Part shown: positions 39,662 to 53,348 of the stretch, piece by piece
Numbering within the stretch: position 1 is the stretch's first letter
Layout of the letters: every line of letters starts with the position of its first letter
DNA from: Amphiscolops sp. MND2022
Lineage: Eukaryota
Assembly (NCBI GenBank): GCA_964187785.1
Contig: OZ076409.1
Location: 15,006,001 to 15,070,000 of the forward strand
DNA: 64,000 nt
Direction: 5' to 3'
Program-made: the position numbers and the translations under genes
Notes under the pieces: generated by a model
What the model was told of the DNA's origin: nothing
Databases searched by the model: none
The model's input: the letters and a program-made list of their open reading frames with translations, nothing else

Positions 39662-40320
39662 TGAAGAAGTTCTCCATTAACGAGAGTCTGAAACGATGCA
39701 TATAAACTTTCAAAAATTTAAAAACTTGACCGACTTACTAACTTGAACATCAATGTCTTATTAATTTGGTAGTAACCAGGTGACCATAACCCTTTATCTG
39801 TCCTTAAATAGAAATAATGAGTTGCCATTTTCTGATTGGATGCATGGAGCATGCACATTTCAAAAAAATCTTAAACGAAATTTTGAATACAGAAGAAAAC
39901 TACTCGACAAAGGAGTGGGAATAACGCCCAAATGCAAAACGGGAATAACGGCTGAATTCAAGTCAGGCTCATTCGACATATTGAAACATTGAATTTAGGA
40001 CGCAGTTGCAAATTGCAGCGATGGAACTGATGACATTGCTGATGATGATGCGATATGCAAGATCAACAAGAAAAAAACAGAAGTCCGCCTCGGAACGTAA
40101 AAAAAGTCCGTTCAAATTGAAACATGTTTTTTTCATCAAAGGGCCCCAGCATTTTGTGGAGGGAACGGACTGAGTTTCACCGGGCTGGGGTGTGAGCTCG
40201 AGCCCTAAGAGAACAGAGGAACAGAACGAAACTCGGGGTTCAAAAAAACTTACAACCACTACTTTTTAAGCGCTGAATAAATCAATCTTTATTTATAAAT
40301 CATGGCCAGCAAATAGTGGC

Positions 40321-40520
40321 NNNNNNNNNNNNNNNNNNNNNNNNNNNNNNNNNNNNNNNNNNNNNNNNNNNNNNNNNNNNNNNNNNNNNNNNNNNNNNNN
40401 NNNNNNNNNNNNNNNNNNNNNNNNNNNNNNNNNNNNNNNNNNNNNNNNNNNNNNNNNNNNNNNNNNNNNNNNNNNNNNNNNNNNNNNNNNNNNNNNNNNN
40501 NNNNNNNNNNNNNNNNNNNN
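40321..40520. other. Assembly gap
   Basis: 200 N. Confidence 1.
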
Positions 40521-43500
40521 CTACCCAAGCTACCGAAGTACACGGGCTCTCGGCCGGCCGCTTTGACGAAACGTGGGTTGTAGTTAAACCACGGTTACTT
40601 CTGGAAAAGTTACTTCTGGAAAGGACCATTCTTTTTGGCTGCGTGTATATCAAACCCAATAAACCATGTGAAGAAGACAGTCTCATTCTAAGCATAGCAA
40701 AAGCGAAAGCTTTTATGTCAAAGCACTCGTGTCAAGAGATGATAATCATGGGTGATTTCAACGCACGTCATCCTCAATGGGGAGACCATAGAACAAATTC
40801 TTGTGGGAAAAAACTCGCAGAACTCCTATCCAAGGAAAGCTTGATTGTTTTGAATGATGGACAATATACGTTCACGTCAATAGATGAAGGAGGCAGTGCC
40901 ATCGACCGTTGCATTGTAACGCCAGGAGTAGCACAAATGGTTCCAAATATTTTCATTGACTACGACAGCGAGCTGCTAACAGGAGCGCCAACCAGAGGGC
41001 ACTGCCCATTATTCTTCTTAGCCCCACATAAATCATCAACAGTCGTACCCGTAGAAACAAAACGCGATTGGTCAAAGGCAAACTGGATAGAGTGGAATAA
41101 GTTTGTAGAAGAGGAGGTCAATACGAGAAGGTATTTGTGGGAGTCAGTAGAGTCAAGAAGTTCAAGTCAGTGGGAACTGACAAAGGACATCCTATCCAAA
41201 GCAAATCAAATCACGATCCCAGATAAGAAGTTGTCGAGACACTCGAAGCCTTATTGGAACCCAATACTAACTCATTTATCGGAAGTTCTAAGGCTACGAC
41301 GGAAGCAATACAAAATGCGCTCTGACCCTATCAGAGAACAAGCGCTGAAAACAGCCAAGGACAATTTTTGCTGCGAATTAGAGAAAGCACATGCCGAATG
41401 GTTGGAGTCCAAATGTACAAACCTGAATCATTTGAATGGAAAGAAATTTTGGAACTCTTATAAGCACATAATCGGCAACCCTGGAGAAAGCTTTCGACAG
41501 CGTGTGGATTGACGGCCTGCTGTTCAAAATGCACTATCTCGGAATCAACGGAAATGTATGGAGTCTCATCAGAAACTTACTCAAAGCACGCAAATTTCTC
41601 ATTGGTAATGATGGCGTCAAAAGTACTGAATTCACATCTACTGTTGGCCTGCCTCAAGGGCCAGTTCTCTCTCCAATCCTGTTTAATATTTTTGTGTACG
41701 ATATGTGCTGCAACCTAGTTGGCAAAAATTTCAAGTACGCTGATGATCCTACTCTCCTAACATATGGACCTGACTCCGTCTTGGCCTTGAATGCAATGCA
41801 AGATAACATCAAGTGCTTGACAAAATGGCTGAACGACTGGAGGATTCAAGCCTCATCAACAAAAACGAAAGCCATGTTTTTCAAAAAGAAGACAGTCGAA
41901 ACTGTAAACGAAGAAAGCCTAACCTTTGGAGATCACAAAGTTGAATTTGTCGAGTCAGTAAAGCTCCTTGGGATTCTCATAGATGACAAGCTGACATTCT
42001 CGCAACAATTCGCCGCGGCGACAAGTAAAGCGTTACAAACATTCGGACACGTCAAAAGAAGCTATTTGAACAATCAGTCAATGATCCCCAATACATTCAA
42101 AGTACTTTGTCAAGCCATAGTTATCCCTCAGTGGACTTATTTAGTTTTTATCTGGGGCGAGCGTGGAACATTTCTGAGGTCTCAACTCTGGTCTGAGATT
42201 GTAAGCCTGTCAACGTGCTCTTCGTACCATCCGAAGAAAGAATTATTAGAAGTCATCGGTAACCTGGCACCCATTGATGTCCAAATTGGAACCCACGGAG
42301 CAAAATTTGCCATCAAAGTTTTCGAACAGTCCGAGGACGATGGCATCTTGAGACTTTTTGAAAGTAGCATGTCAACAATTACCAGAAAACTGCTCGCAGA
42401 CAGCAGAACGTTTGGTTCACTCTCATCCTACAGTCAAGACTCATTGAAAAAAATAGTCTACAGAAGATGGAACAACCGATTGAGGAACTTGAATCTCTCC
42501 GACAACTTCGGATTTCAGGCCAAGAGAGAAGGGATTCTGCCAAAACATTTGACCAAGGCACACACAGAAAGGATGGTACAACTCCTAACCCAACACAGTG
42601 TTCTCTGCAACTTCCAGTTCCATATTGGACGATGTTTCACTCCGGTCTGCACATGCATGTTAGAAGAAGAATCTACAGAGCACTTTTTATAAAGATACCC
42701 CTTTTACTCAAATTTGCGTAGCTCAGAACCACCCAAGCCTCTGGTTGATCTGCTGGATAACTGTAGTTGGGAGAATTGGAAAACAACCCTGAATTTTGCT
42801 GAATTCTCGCGGAGACTTCAGACGTCTCACGGGGAGTTCCGTAATTGTTGCAAACGTTTCTGATGCAAAAGAAATATAACGTCACAATGAAACGACATTA
42901 CTAGAATCACAGAGGGAGGAACAACTGTAACCAAAAGTCCGCTCAAAATTGAATTTGTCGAGTCAGTAAAGCTCCTTGGGATTCTCATAGATGACAAGCT
43001 GACATTCTCGCAACAATTCGCCGCGGCGACAAGTAAAGCGTTACAAACATTCGGACACGTCAAAAGAAGCTATTTGAACAATCAGTCAATGATCCCCAAT
43101 ACATTCAAAGTACTTTGTCAAGCCATAGTTATCCCTCAGTGGACTTATTTAGTTTTTATCTGGGGCGAGCGTGGAACATTTCTGAGGTCTCAACTCTGGT
43201 CTGAGATTGTAAGCCTGTCAACGTGCTCTTCGTACCATCCGAAGAAAGAATTATTAGAAGTCATCGGTAACCTGGCACCCATTGATGTCCAAATTGGAAC
43301 CCACGGAGCAAAATTTGCCATCAAAGTTTTCGAACAGTCCGAGGACGATGGCATCTTGAGACTTTTTGAAAGTAGCATGTCAACAATTACCAGAAAACTG
43401 CTCGCAGACAGCAGAACGTTTGGTTCACTCTCATCCTACAGTCAAGACTCATTGAAAAAAATAGTCTACAGAAGATGGAACAACCGATTGAGGAACTTGA

Positions 43501-44175
43501 ATCTCTCCGACAACTTCGGATTTCAGGCCAAGAGAGAAGGGATTCTGCCAAAACATTTGACCAAGGCACACACAGAAAGGATGGTACAACTCCTAACCCA
43601 ACACAGTGTTCTCTGCAACTTCCAGTTCCATATTGGACGATGTTTCACTCCGGTCTGCACATGCATGTTAGAAGAAGAATCTACAGAGCACTTTTTATAA
43701 AGATACCCCTTTTACTCAAATTTGCGTAGCTCAGAACCACCCAAGCCTCTGGTTGATCTGCTGGATAACTGTAGTTGGGAGAATTGGAAAACAACCCTGA
43801 ATTTTGCTGAATTCTCGCGGAGACTTCAGACGTCTCACGGGGAGTTCCGTAATTGTTGCAAACGTTTCTGATGCAAAAGAAATATAACGTCACAATGAAA
43901 CGACATTACTAGAATCACAGAGGGAGGAACAACTGTAACCAAAAGTCCGCTCAAAATTAATTTTCCATTTCTTCAACCGAGGGCCCCAGCAATATTCGTG
44001 GAGGGAGCGGACTGAGCATTACCGGGCTGGGGTGTGTGCTCGAGGACTGAAGGAAATTGGTCTCCAATCGAAAGAAACTCTAGTGTCTCAGCTTGACATA
44101 TGTTTACACATTGTAATCCTAACAATTTTATATTTTTATAATCAATTTGTAAATCATGGTCAGCAAGTAGTGGCG
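40521..44175 (+). mobile_element. Non-LTR retrotransposon (APE-RT-Cys/His C-terminus) with internal RT deletion and 3' tandem duplication
   Basis: IIMGDFNARH and SAID (APE); KAFDSVW, GLPQGPVLSPILFN, KYADD (RT); CTC..EE..EHFL; N-terminal RT blocks missing near 41485. Confidence 0.92.
41941..43958 (+). repeat. 1008-bp tandem duplication of the LINE 3' region
   Basis: 41941-42948 repeats from 42949; no difference seen by eye. Confidence 0.95.
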
Positions 44176-44385
44176 TCTTCGGTCAATTTGTTTATTTGAT
44201 TGGTTTAGAATTATATATATCTCAACGATAGCAAGAGAAAGCTGCAGAGGAAAATGAAAAACAGAGAAGCTGCCCAGACAGTAAAAAATGTTATAGAGCA
44301 TTGCAAACCTCTTGACCCTCGAAAATTTGGATTTAGAACAGCTAAAGCCGAGGTGCTCTTTGTTCAATTTTATTCATAGTAGCTG

Positions 44386-45999
44386 TGTTACGACTCACGT
44401 TCGGGTCATTGTTTTGGGTTGAATTGATTCTGACAGATTTTGTAGGAGTGTAGAAACAGCTGGTTTCTTTTTCCGTTTCTTCTTCGATGTTTTCTCCTAT
44501 ACTTTCCCCTGTTTTAGGTTTTAGCAGTTTCAACATTTCTTTCTGGGATTCTATGAGGAGGCTTTTAATTTCCGAAGTTATTTCCTCTTTCAAAGAAGCC
44601 CTCAAGTTCTCTAAAAAGCTATTTTGGATCCTGGGAGATTTTGGCCTTGACGGTCCCGGAATGCTTACGTCCTGATCCGAGAAACAAGGACATTCTCCTA
44701 CTATTGGTGAAACTAGACCTTCACTTACACTTTCGATGCTCTCCTGTTGGTTGTTCTTCCTCTTTTGGCTTCTTGTAGTTGACATTATGAATGAAAAGAT
44801 TCAATTTGAATTTTCAATTTCGAACTGTATTTTTCAACAAAGTTGATAATTGAGCTGAAAAATGAGAAATCGTAACACAACTGATTTTTACAGATGAGAA
44901 AAGACTGAGTCCCCTATTTATGGAAAATCATCGTATTTATACCCTCCTAGAATCATTTGATCACGACTATATCCCTGATTTTCCTCGAACAATTAGTCAT
45001 TTCCTTAATTTCGATGAAAAAATCATTACGATCCCAAATTTGAGTCGACATTTCGTCAAATTTTAAGACACGGCAGTTCTAATCTACCAATAGTCATCAA
45101 CCATGATCATAGAATGTCATTCCGGAGTCCTTTTCTTTCCTCCCAAGCTGAAAGTAGATATTATTTTAGTCTGTCAAACCGGAAATCTTTCCCTGTTTTA
45201 TTGCTTTGGTTCGTAGGAAAGTCGACGCCGAAACGACGCTGACGTGAACAACTAATGCCTGATTTCGAATCTTTACTGGAAAAAATATGACTAATTTCGT
45301 TTGCTTGAAATAATTAGAGAAGCTAGGAGAATAAAAGGACTAGTCTTTTGATAAAGGCGCTTAATTAGATAGATTATTATGCATAATCTTCATGTCTAAA
45401 TTAGCACAATTAATGTATGTACAGTTGGGCCTGACAACGACGTCAGATTAGGCCAACGAAACTGAGAACATTAAACGGCAACATTAACTTCGAATGATAA
45501 CATACTTGACTATTTTCTCAATTGCGTGATTGGGACAACATCAAATATGAGCATAGCAAAAATGAAATACAAACACAACATTGAAAAAATATAGTTCCAT
45601 TACTAAAATTTTATTCCCAGCATCTGGTCTTTTAAACACGTTGAGTCAACGTCAGTTTGTACAAACTAGTAGCAGAGGTTTGCAGTGAACAGTACAAATA
45701 CGTATACGTGACACGTTCTTTAGAATAAACTGTGACTTTCGTTTCAAATAATGTGGAAAAGTTTCATTTAAATTAAGCCTTATCACAGATGTTTAAACTG
45801 ACAATAATTTGTCTAACGACAGGCTGACGAGCTTTTACAAGTTCCTTCATTTTTTTTAAACTATGTTAAACGTAGTCTAAGCAGTTTCTCCAAAATCAGT
45901 GATTAAGTTACCATCTTGGAAAACGTAGGCTGCAGTCGTGCCCTCTCCCAATCGCAATGCGTGTACAGGAGCATCCCAAGCCGGGAGCGGGTTGTGACA
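44386..45999 (-). mobile_element. Solo LTR, family C, with ORF MSTTRSQKRK...
   Basis: TGTTAC...GTGACA ends; TSD AGCTG (44381-44385, 46000-46004); TATA near 44935. Confidence 0.92.
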
Positions 46000-46183
46000 A
46001 GCTGCATTTTTTTTCAAACGTAACGAACACCCAGTTTCAAAAGACGGAAACTTCATTTGAAAACCGAATTCGAAATTCAGTTTTTTCTCCTTTTTTCCAG
46101 ACCAAATTTGAGGTATAGAATATAGCTAATGCCGAGGATTTTCAAATTGAATTCTCATAACTGCTTTTTGTTTTTGATATAAC

Positions 46184-46590
46184 AAATATGGGACCATGTC
46201 ATCTATTCCCCCCTCGAATAAAAATATTTCACTAATGAGAGAATAATATATGAAAGTATATACTTTGAGGATTGTCTCTACAACTGTTTGGACACTTCAG
46301 GTAAAAAAGGGTACCATAATTTTTTGATATTATTGTTCAAAATAGCCGAAAATCACGTTTGGAACAAGCTTAAATCGTATAAAAAGGCCTCTATTTCCGC
46401 GCGAAGTTTGTCCGCTATAAAATCTAATGAGCAACTTTTAACTGACAGTCAATGTAATGGGTGAGATTATGTCGATATCAATTATTTTATTGGACCAAAA
46501 TTTCAGCGCAAACGATGTCGACATAATGGTATTTGAATCTTCGTTAAGCCGCAGTTTGGGGAGGGGATAGATGCCATGTTCCCAAATATG
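46184..46590. mobile_element. Degenerate MITE
   Basis: TGGGACCATGTCATCTATTCCCC vs GGGGATAGATGCCATGTTCCCA inverted repeat. Confidence 0.5.
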
Positions 46591-46839
46591 TACTAACTTA
46601 AATCAGATATAACGTCAAAAACTAGGATTCAGTGCTTGTGATAAAAAAAATCTCAGTGACTGTCCCTGAGCACATTTAGAAGACTCGTTTTTTTCCCAAG
46701 CGGGGCGGCGACTTGGGCAGTTCCATGCATCATTACCCGAGATGTTTTTGATAATTTCGCTTGAGCTGTGAATGCCTAGGTGGCTATCTGACAATTTTAC
46801 TCGGGCAATTTCTACAGTGCAGAGTTCCCTAGTTGAAAC

Positions 46840-49800
46840 AGGTTGAATTTTTTACAAGTTTTCGTAGGTTGCCAAGCTAATTTATCATGATTCTATATAA
46901 CTCTCGAGGAAAACTCCATAAATCAAACGTTCACTGATTTAAGTCAAATTTATCAAGCTACCTAAAAGACGCATCCTAGTTTTGGTGGCAATTGAGAGAT
47001 ATGAAGTCTTGCAAGTTTTAATGCAATACTTATATTTTTATATGCAGCTGAGATTTTATCAATTTTACCACAATTTTAATGTGCATCATGACTTAAATCA
47101 TCATAACTTGAATAATTTTATAAAGTTTATCATGAGCCTCAAATGAATTAGCAAATGATACGTGAGCTTTTTGGCCTGTGGTTAGCTTGATAAATGCAAG
47201 CACATTTGTCAAAGATCATCGGGCCTTCTTACCTGCATCAGACGGGCAAACGGTTTGGAAACAAAAATGGCTGGGGTGAATAAAAGTTGTCTTACTTTTG
47301 AGTCAGTAGTGAGCTGTTGAAGACATGTTTGATGTTTGGATTTAGTTCTTTTAGAGAGCACATAAGAAGTCTAGAAGTTTTAACAGAATATCGTCTATTT
47401 AGCTAGCCAGTTCTAGTTTCACTGTTCTCTGAGATCTCAGTTAGGTCTTTCTCTTCGAAGAAAACTATTCAACAAATCAGAATCCAATTTCTTTTTTTTC
47501 TGAGTATATATCATCAGCAATTCTATCAATAAATACAGGAATTAAATATAATTCTAATTATTCTGAAGTGACAGTAATAAGATTCTAAAGTGACACCAAT
47601 AAGATTAAAAACTAATGATGTTATCACCAAATGTCAGCAAACTAATAAAGAAGTCTTAACTTTGAAATGATGTGACATCTGTCTTATTATCTAAGTTAGA
47701 AAGGTGGGTGCCTTTCGAAGTTATATAAGTATTTGAAAGTATTTGAGGTCATCCACCATGGCATCACAGTAGTGACTTTACAGTAGCGTTCCAAAATATT
47801 GCAACTCTACTGTCTCAGGCTGCCGCCTGTGACGGCATGTATTATCAAATCGTGCCAGAGAACGATCAAAGTAATCCTGGACCAGGAGTACTCCCAATAT
47901 GAAGCAACTGAAAACAATACAACTTGCGTTATTTATTTCATTCCAAATGTAATCTCATGTAAAATTGTCTAGATCAACAATTACATAATTACTTGCTACT
48001 GTATTTTATTATTTTGAGCTTTGGTCAATTTGACAGCAAAGTATTACTCTAAATTAGTTAGAATATTGTACTTATTGCTATTTCAACCTCCATAATTTCA
48101 TCGGCTTAGTAACTCTAATACTTTGACGGTGCAATAAATAGTTCAGATGCAATACATTCATAATTGGCCAACAAACTATACTGTAAAGTGCTGTAATAGC
48201 TAGCGGAACAAGTTGGAAGATTGGAAACGCGTTCAACTATCCCAGCACTGCAATCAAGTTGACGCGTGGTCTAAATATTTTCTGGCCAATCAGAACTCAG
48301 AACGAACCAACGCATGCGGTCACACTGACGCTAGGTCAGAATCTTATTTTGCTGGAAATTGATGCTGCCACTTCATGTAATGTTGATTTACTCTAGTATT
48401 AGCTACATGTAAGATATTATGATGCTAGTTAGAAACAACTTATACCTCCCCTCCCGAAATGACGTAATGCCAACACTCCCAATCTATATTTAGAACATGA
48501 TGGCCTATTATTTGGGCTAAAGCTATATTTAGCCTGACGTCAACCAAAATTTAGCTACCTGACGCACAAATTTACGCATGTCATGCCGTTGTAACTATAA
48601 ATCCGCGGAACATATTGTAAACAGGATCATTCATTGACAAAGCGCAATTCACTCAATACTCGAATCGGTTCATCTGTTTCTTCTGACAATTCATTGTTGA
48701 ACTCAAACTCCTCTTTTGAATATGCCTTCAACTAGAAAGCGGAAAGCCAAAGAGAAACGTTCCCGTCAGTCTGAGGTCTTGTCAGGTATCAAAAATCTTG
48801 ATGTTATGTTAGGAAGTTATCAAAAAGAAAACAGCGAAGTACAAGATAGAGCAAGTGAGAACGAAATTGACTTAGAGTCAAATAGACGAAAAGAAAGTTC
48901 GAATCATAATGAAATTGATTACAGGTCTTATTTAAATACTAACATTTGCGAAAATAGGAAAATAGTGGAATGACTGGTGAAACTAGCAGGGCCATTAATT
49001 CTAAGATTTCTTCACAAATGTCCAGAAAACTTGAGGAAGTGCAAACAAGCCTAAATTCCCAGATACTGGATGCTATTAATGCTGTGATAGAGAGAAAAGT
49101 GTTACCAAGCATCAAAATAGCGGTTAAAACTGAAAATCCAGCTAAAAATACAACTTTGGACCTTCGTTCAGATGGACTGCATCCGGGTAATTCCAGCCAG
49201 GTTCGTCCTCAGGAGGACCTTCAGTCAAATAGAATGCATCCAGAAAACGTCAGCCACGTAGCTGAGGATGTTCAAAATGATTTTCCCGGGTTAGTAACAA
49301 TGAGAAGTGACCAAATAAATCACTGTAGAGAGAATTCACTGGATTCTCACCACAGTGAGGATGAAAATGGTTACAACATCTACCCTAGTTGAGATTATTT
49401 GAACTTTTTACATGCTGCATGGAAACATGCAGGCTAATTTTTTACAAAACAAGAAAATTTCCGGGAGCCTGCATGGAAATATTTTATAGGATCACAATGC
49501 AGCCTCCACTCTTTGAATTGAAACTGCAAACAATTCCATTCCTTCACCGCCGACATCTCTTTGTTTTCACGCGTAAGTTTCTCAAGTAAGTATTTTGTTT
49601 AATCACCATTTGTAAAATAGCACCCTGAATATGACGCTACTTTGAAACTTGAAATGTGACTGAAGTTTGATTGAAATCGCGGTAAAATTTATGAAGGTCT
49701 CAGCTGCTTTCAAAACTAGAGCGGCGTCTTTATGAAACCTGTAAAACTTGCAGCGCAGAATGGCCGCCAATTTTAGGATGCATCTTAAACGCAGCTTGAT

Positions 49801-49912
49801 AAAATTAAATCGAATCAGTGAAGTTTTTATGCATGGACGTTTCTTTGAGAATTTTATAAAATCATGGAAAATTAGCTTGGTAACCTACAAAAACATGTAA
49901 AAAATTCAAGCA
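46840..49912. repeat. Old ~140-bp inverted repeat pair (46840-46980 / 49774-49912)
   Basis: GTAGGTTGCCAAGCTAATTT vs AAATTAGCTTGGTAACCTAC plus flanking similarity. Confidence 0.6.
47811..49378 (+). mobile_element. Solo LTR, family E (related to D), with ORF MPSTRKRKAK... (one frameshift)
   Basis: TGTC...AACA ends; TSD TCTAC; first 26 nt nearly identical to the LTR D 5' end; TATAAA near 48596. Confidence 0.92.
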
Positions 49913-49930
49913 TTTCCCACAAGGGCATTG

Positions 49931-50572
49931 CTTAAAATTGGTATTTTCGAACCCAAATATCTTTAGAACTGTCACAAGTACAAAAAATTGTCAGCTACAA
50001 AAGTTTTTTAGAGTTTTATCTAGTTTACAAAACTGATTGTATGAAGTTTCTGCGACAAAAATTACAGAAGTTAAAAATTGGAAATTTTGACAAAATTTCA
50101 TCAAATTTCCAATTTTTCTTGATTTTTACAAAGTTGAAAAAATATTTTGAAAGATTTTCAGCCAATCATTTGCCCTTAAATCTCCCGAGGATGCTGATAT
50201 GATTTGATTGAAAAACGTTTTCGATTTCAAATAAAAATTTTCAATTTTCTAAATGCAATTCTTATAGCGTGTCGTAATACATGTACTTCAGTGCTTATAG
50301 ACAAAAACTACAGTGCCTTTTTTCTGATTCGAAACAAATTCTCAATCAAAACAATTCAATAGGTTCGAGAGATTAAAGGTTCGAAAAAAACTCAAATTTC
50401 AATTAAAATTTTCTAAAATTTGCATTTTCTACCATCTTCAGTATTGGTCGTAGGAATTTCAAACAAACATTTTTCTAAACTAGATTAAATTCTAAGAAAC
50501 TTTTGTAGCTCGCAAATTTTTGTATTCGTGGCAGTTTACGAGATATTTGGTTTTGAATTTTACAATTTTAAG
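49931..50572. mobile_element. Degenerate MITE with long TIRs
   Basis: CAAATATCT...AGCTACAAAAGTTT...ATCTAGTTTA inverted at ~50470-50570. Confidence 0.55.
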
Positions 50573-51262
50573 GAATGAGGTTGCGATATTTTAGAACACT
50601 ACTGTACTTCTGTTTCTAGAGAAGATATTGAGATTTAAAAAAATGAAACTAAAAAAACTTTCACGTTTTATTTGCTTGTTATTGTATATAATATACGCTT
50701 TATTTATTGTACGTCAGTTTTGTCATATTACTTTTCTACAAGTTTATTGTTTTGTCGAATCAGTGACGCTTTTACTCCCCGTTTAAAGACAACATTTCGA
50801 TTCCCTAAACTTATGTCATCTTCCCTAAACATATGTTTTCGGAGAAGACTTGAGCTACAATTGCTAATAAAGTGCTAACTTCTTATTACCTGTCATTTTA
50901 ATGAGTGAAATATACCTAGGAGAAAAATAGGATTCTCCTTTTCATAATATATACCTAATGCATCAAACTGATGATATACGTTCTGAAACTAAAAGCTGCC
51001 GCGTGGCTTGCCATTGTTATTAGAGTTGGAGAAACTTAAAGGCATGGAGATTTTGTGCACAGGACGTTCTCCAATCATCAAATAGGTCCATTTTGCCTAC
51101 TTAGGGCGCCCTCCCGAGGGGCGTTGTTCCAACTTCCTGTGAACATCCTCCGTGGTGACCTAGTTTTAATTTGGTAAAGGTAACGGGCATTTGCCTACCC
51201 AGAAAACCGTTTCGATAAACACTAAAACCTATACAAAATAAAATAATTTCAATTTTCCAATG

Positions 51263-52470
51263 TGTTACGACTTATGTTCGGGTCGCTTGGTGTTGAATTT
51301 ATTCTAACCAACTTGGTTGGGGTGTAGAAACTCCTAGTTTCATTTTCTATTTCCTCTCCAACTTTCTCTCTAACGTTCTCTCTTGTATTAGGCTTTAAGA
51401 GTTTCAACATTTCTTTCTGGGATTCGATCAGGAGGTTCTTAATTTCAGAGGTTATTTCCTCCTTCAAAGAGACTCTTAAACTTTCTAGGAAACTATTCTC
51501 AACTCTAGGAGATTTCGGGTTTGAGGGACCAGCAACGCCAACGTCTTGTTCCGAAGAACAGGAATTTCCTATTATCACTGGTGAAACAAAACCTTCACTA
51601 ACGTTTTCATTGTTCTCTTGCTGAATATTCTTTCTCTTCTGGCTTCGAGTTGTACACATTTTGATGGAGAAAAAATTTTTCCGAAGAATTGAATTTCTTT
51701 CCAAAGATTTTCAACAAAGTTGAATTGAACGAAGTTGAGACGAACAAGTTAAGGCAACTGTTTATCACAAAAGGCAAAAGACTGAGTCCCTCAGCCAACT
51801 AAAATTACCGTATATATACCCTCCTAGCATAATTTGATCACAACCAAAACCCCTAATTTTCCTTGAACAATGAGTCATTTCCTGTTTTATCGGTGAAAAA
51901 ATTATCATTGCCTCAAATTTGCGTCAATATTTCGTCAACTTTTAAGACACGATGATCTCATTATCATTTTAGTCATCAATCATGACCACATCATTTCATT
52001 CCGGTGTCCCTTTATTTCCTCCCAAGCAGGAAGTAGATTTTACTTCAGTCCAGCAAACCGGAAGTTATTCCCTGTTTTACTGCTCTGGTTCGCGGGAAAA
52101 CTGACGCTGAGATGACGCTGACGTGAACAACTAATCCTCAGATTTCAATTTTTCCTAAAAGGGCATGACTAATTCACGATGGTCTTTCTAATCGATGCTA
52201 ACAGAGGATAAATCACCGGCAAGATGTGATGTTTCTAGATTAAATCAAATTACCACTAAACATTGGATTATAGTACATATTCGTCAACACAACGTAACAT
52301 TTTGCAACATAAGTATTGGTGTATGAAATTGTAGCAACTTTTAATGAGAAACAACAGTAATATACGATACATCTTGGTAACAAACAGGGATGATGAGGTT
52401 TAGAAGATTACTCATTCATTTAGTGATTGTTATGTAAGGATACTGCAACATTTTCCAAATTGACACGACA
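51263..52470 (-). mobile_element. LTR related to family C with ORF MCTTRSQKRK...; solo LTR or 3' LTR of element F; right boundary uncertain
   Basis: TGTTACGAC end; similar to 44386-45290 up to ~52175; candidate TSD CAATG at 51258-51262 and 52471-52475; no clear PPT. Confidence 0.7.
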
Positions 52471-53348
52471 CAATGACGTCAATCCATTCATACAACATCT
52501 TCGAAAGAATATAAATGCAAACATACGAAAATATACTTATAGTACGAAAAATACGGTAGCTCCGTTTCATTTTGATTGTGATCATAAACTGTGACTTTAA
52601 TAGTTTTCATAATACTTCCAGTATTAGAACATTCTAATTTCCCTAAATCCATTGAATATAAAAATGTTTCACTACTTACTAAAGCCTGACGCAAATACGA
52701 CGTGAAGAATTTCATGTTTTCCCTTGTTTAATCACCGTTGCGTTTATTCAAATTGCCTTATTTTTCTAGCATCTCCTATTGGGATTTACAATTCTTATAG
52801 AATCTTGAACTTCCCGATTCCCTCCTAATGAATTCATGACATTAGAACAACTGCGATTATTTAGTCAACGTGGTCGCGACGTAGCGTTGACCAGAAATTT
52901 GGAAAGAATCTTAGCTAGCTAACGTAGCTGTGACGTAGTATTGACCAAGAATTTGGAATGAACTCTAGCTAGCTAACGTAGTTTTGACGTCACGGTTATT
53001 TGCATACATTGGTTACTACAGTCATATTTGTTTGTTTAACGACGCAAAGACGTCTCATTTGGCGGCCCAAGAAGCTATCGCTTTGTGTGCCATCTCAATG
53101 CATTTTATTTTAGATTTCGATTGAGGTTTTGCTTTGATTGGAGTTCGTCCCCATTTCGGAGTATGCTTTAGTTTCAAATTTCAGGTGGTGAATGTTTCAG
53201 AATTATGACAAGACTTAAACGTCTTGATAGAAATACGTGAAAACATTTTAGCTTAATTCATTTTCCGGATTTCACTTCTGTTTCAAGGCAATTTAGATTG
53301 GAAGATATTTTAGTTTTAGTCACAGTCTATGCTTTAATATTGTAAGTT

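Noticed and set aside
44046..44090. Hammerhead-like CTGAAGG...CGAAA
   Set aside because: Core deviates from CUGANGA, no convincing stems I/III, not conserved in the 40200 copy
51263..53348. Firm assignment of this LTR as the 3' LTR of element F
   Set aside because: Orientation fits, but no PPT was found and a possible CAATG TSD suggests a solo LTR; the 5' LTR outside the window is needed
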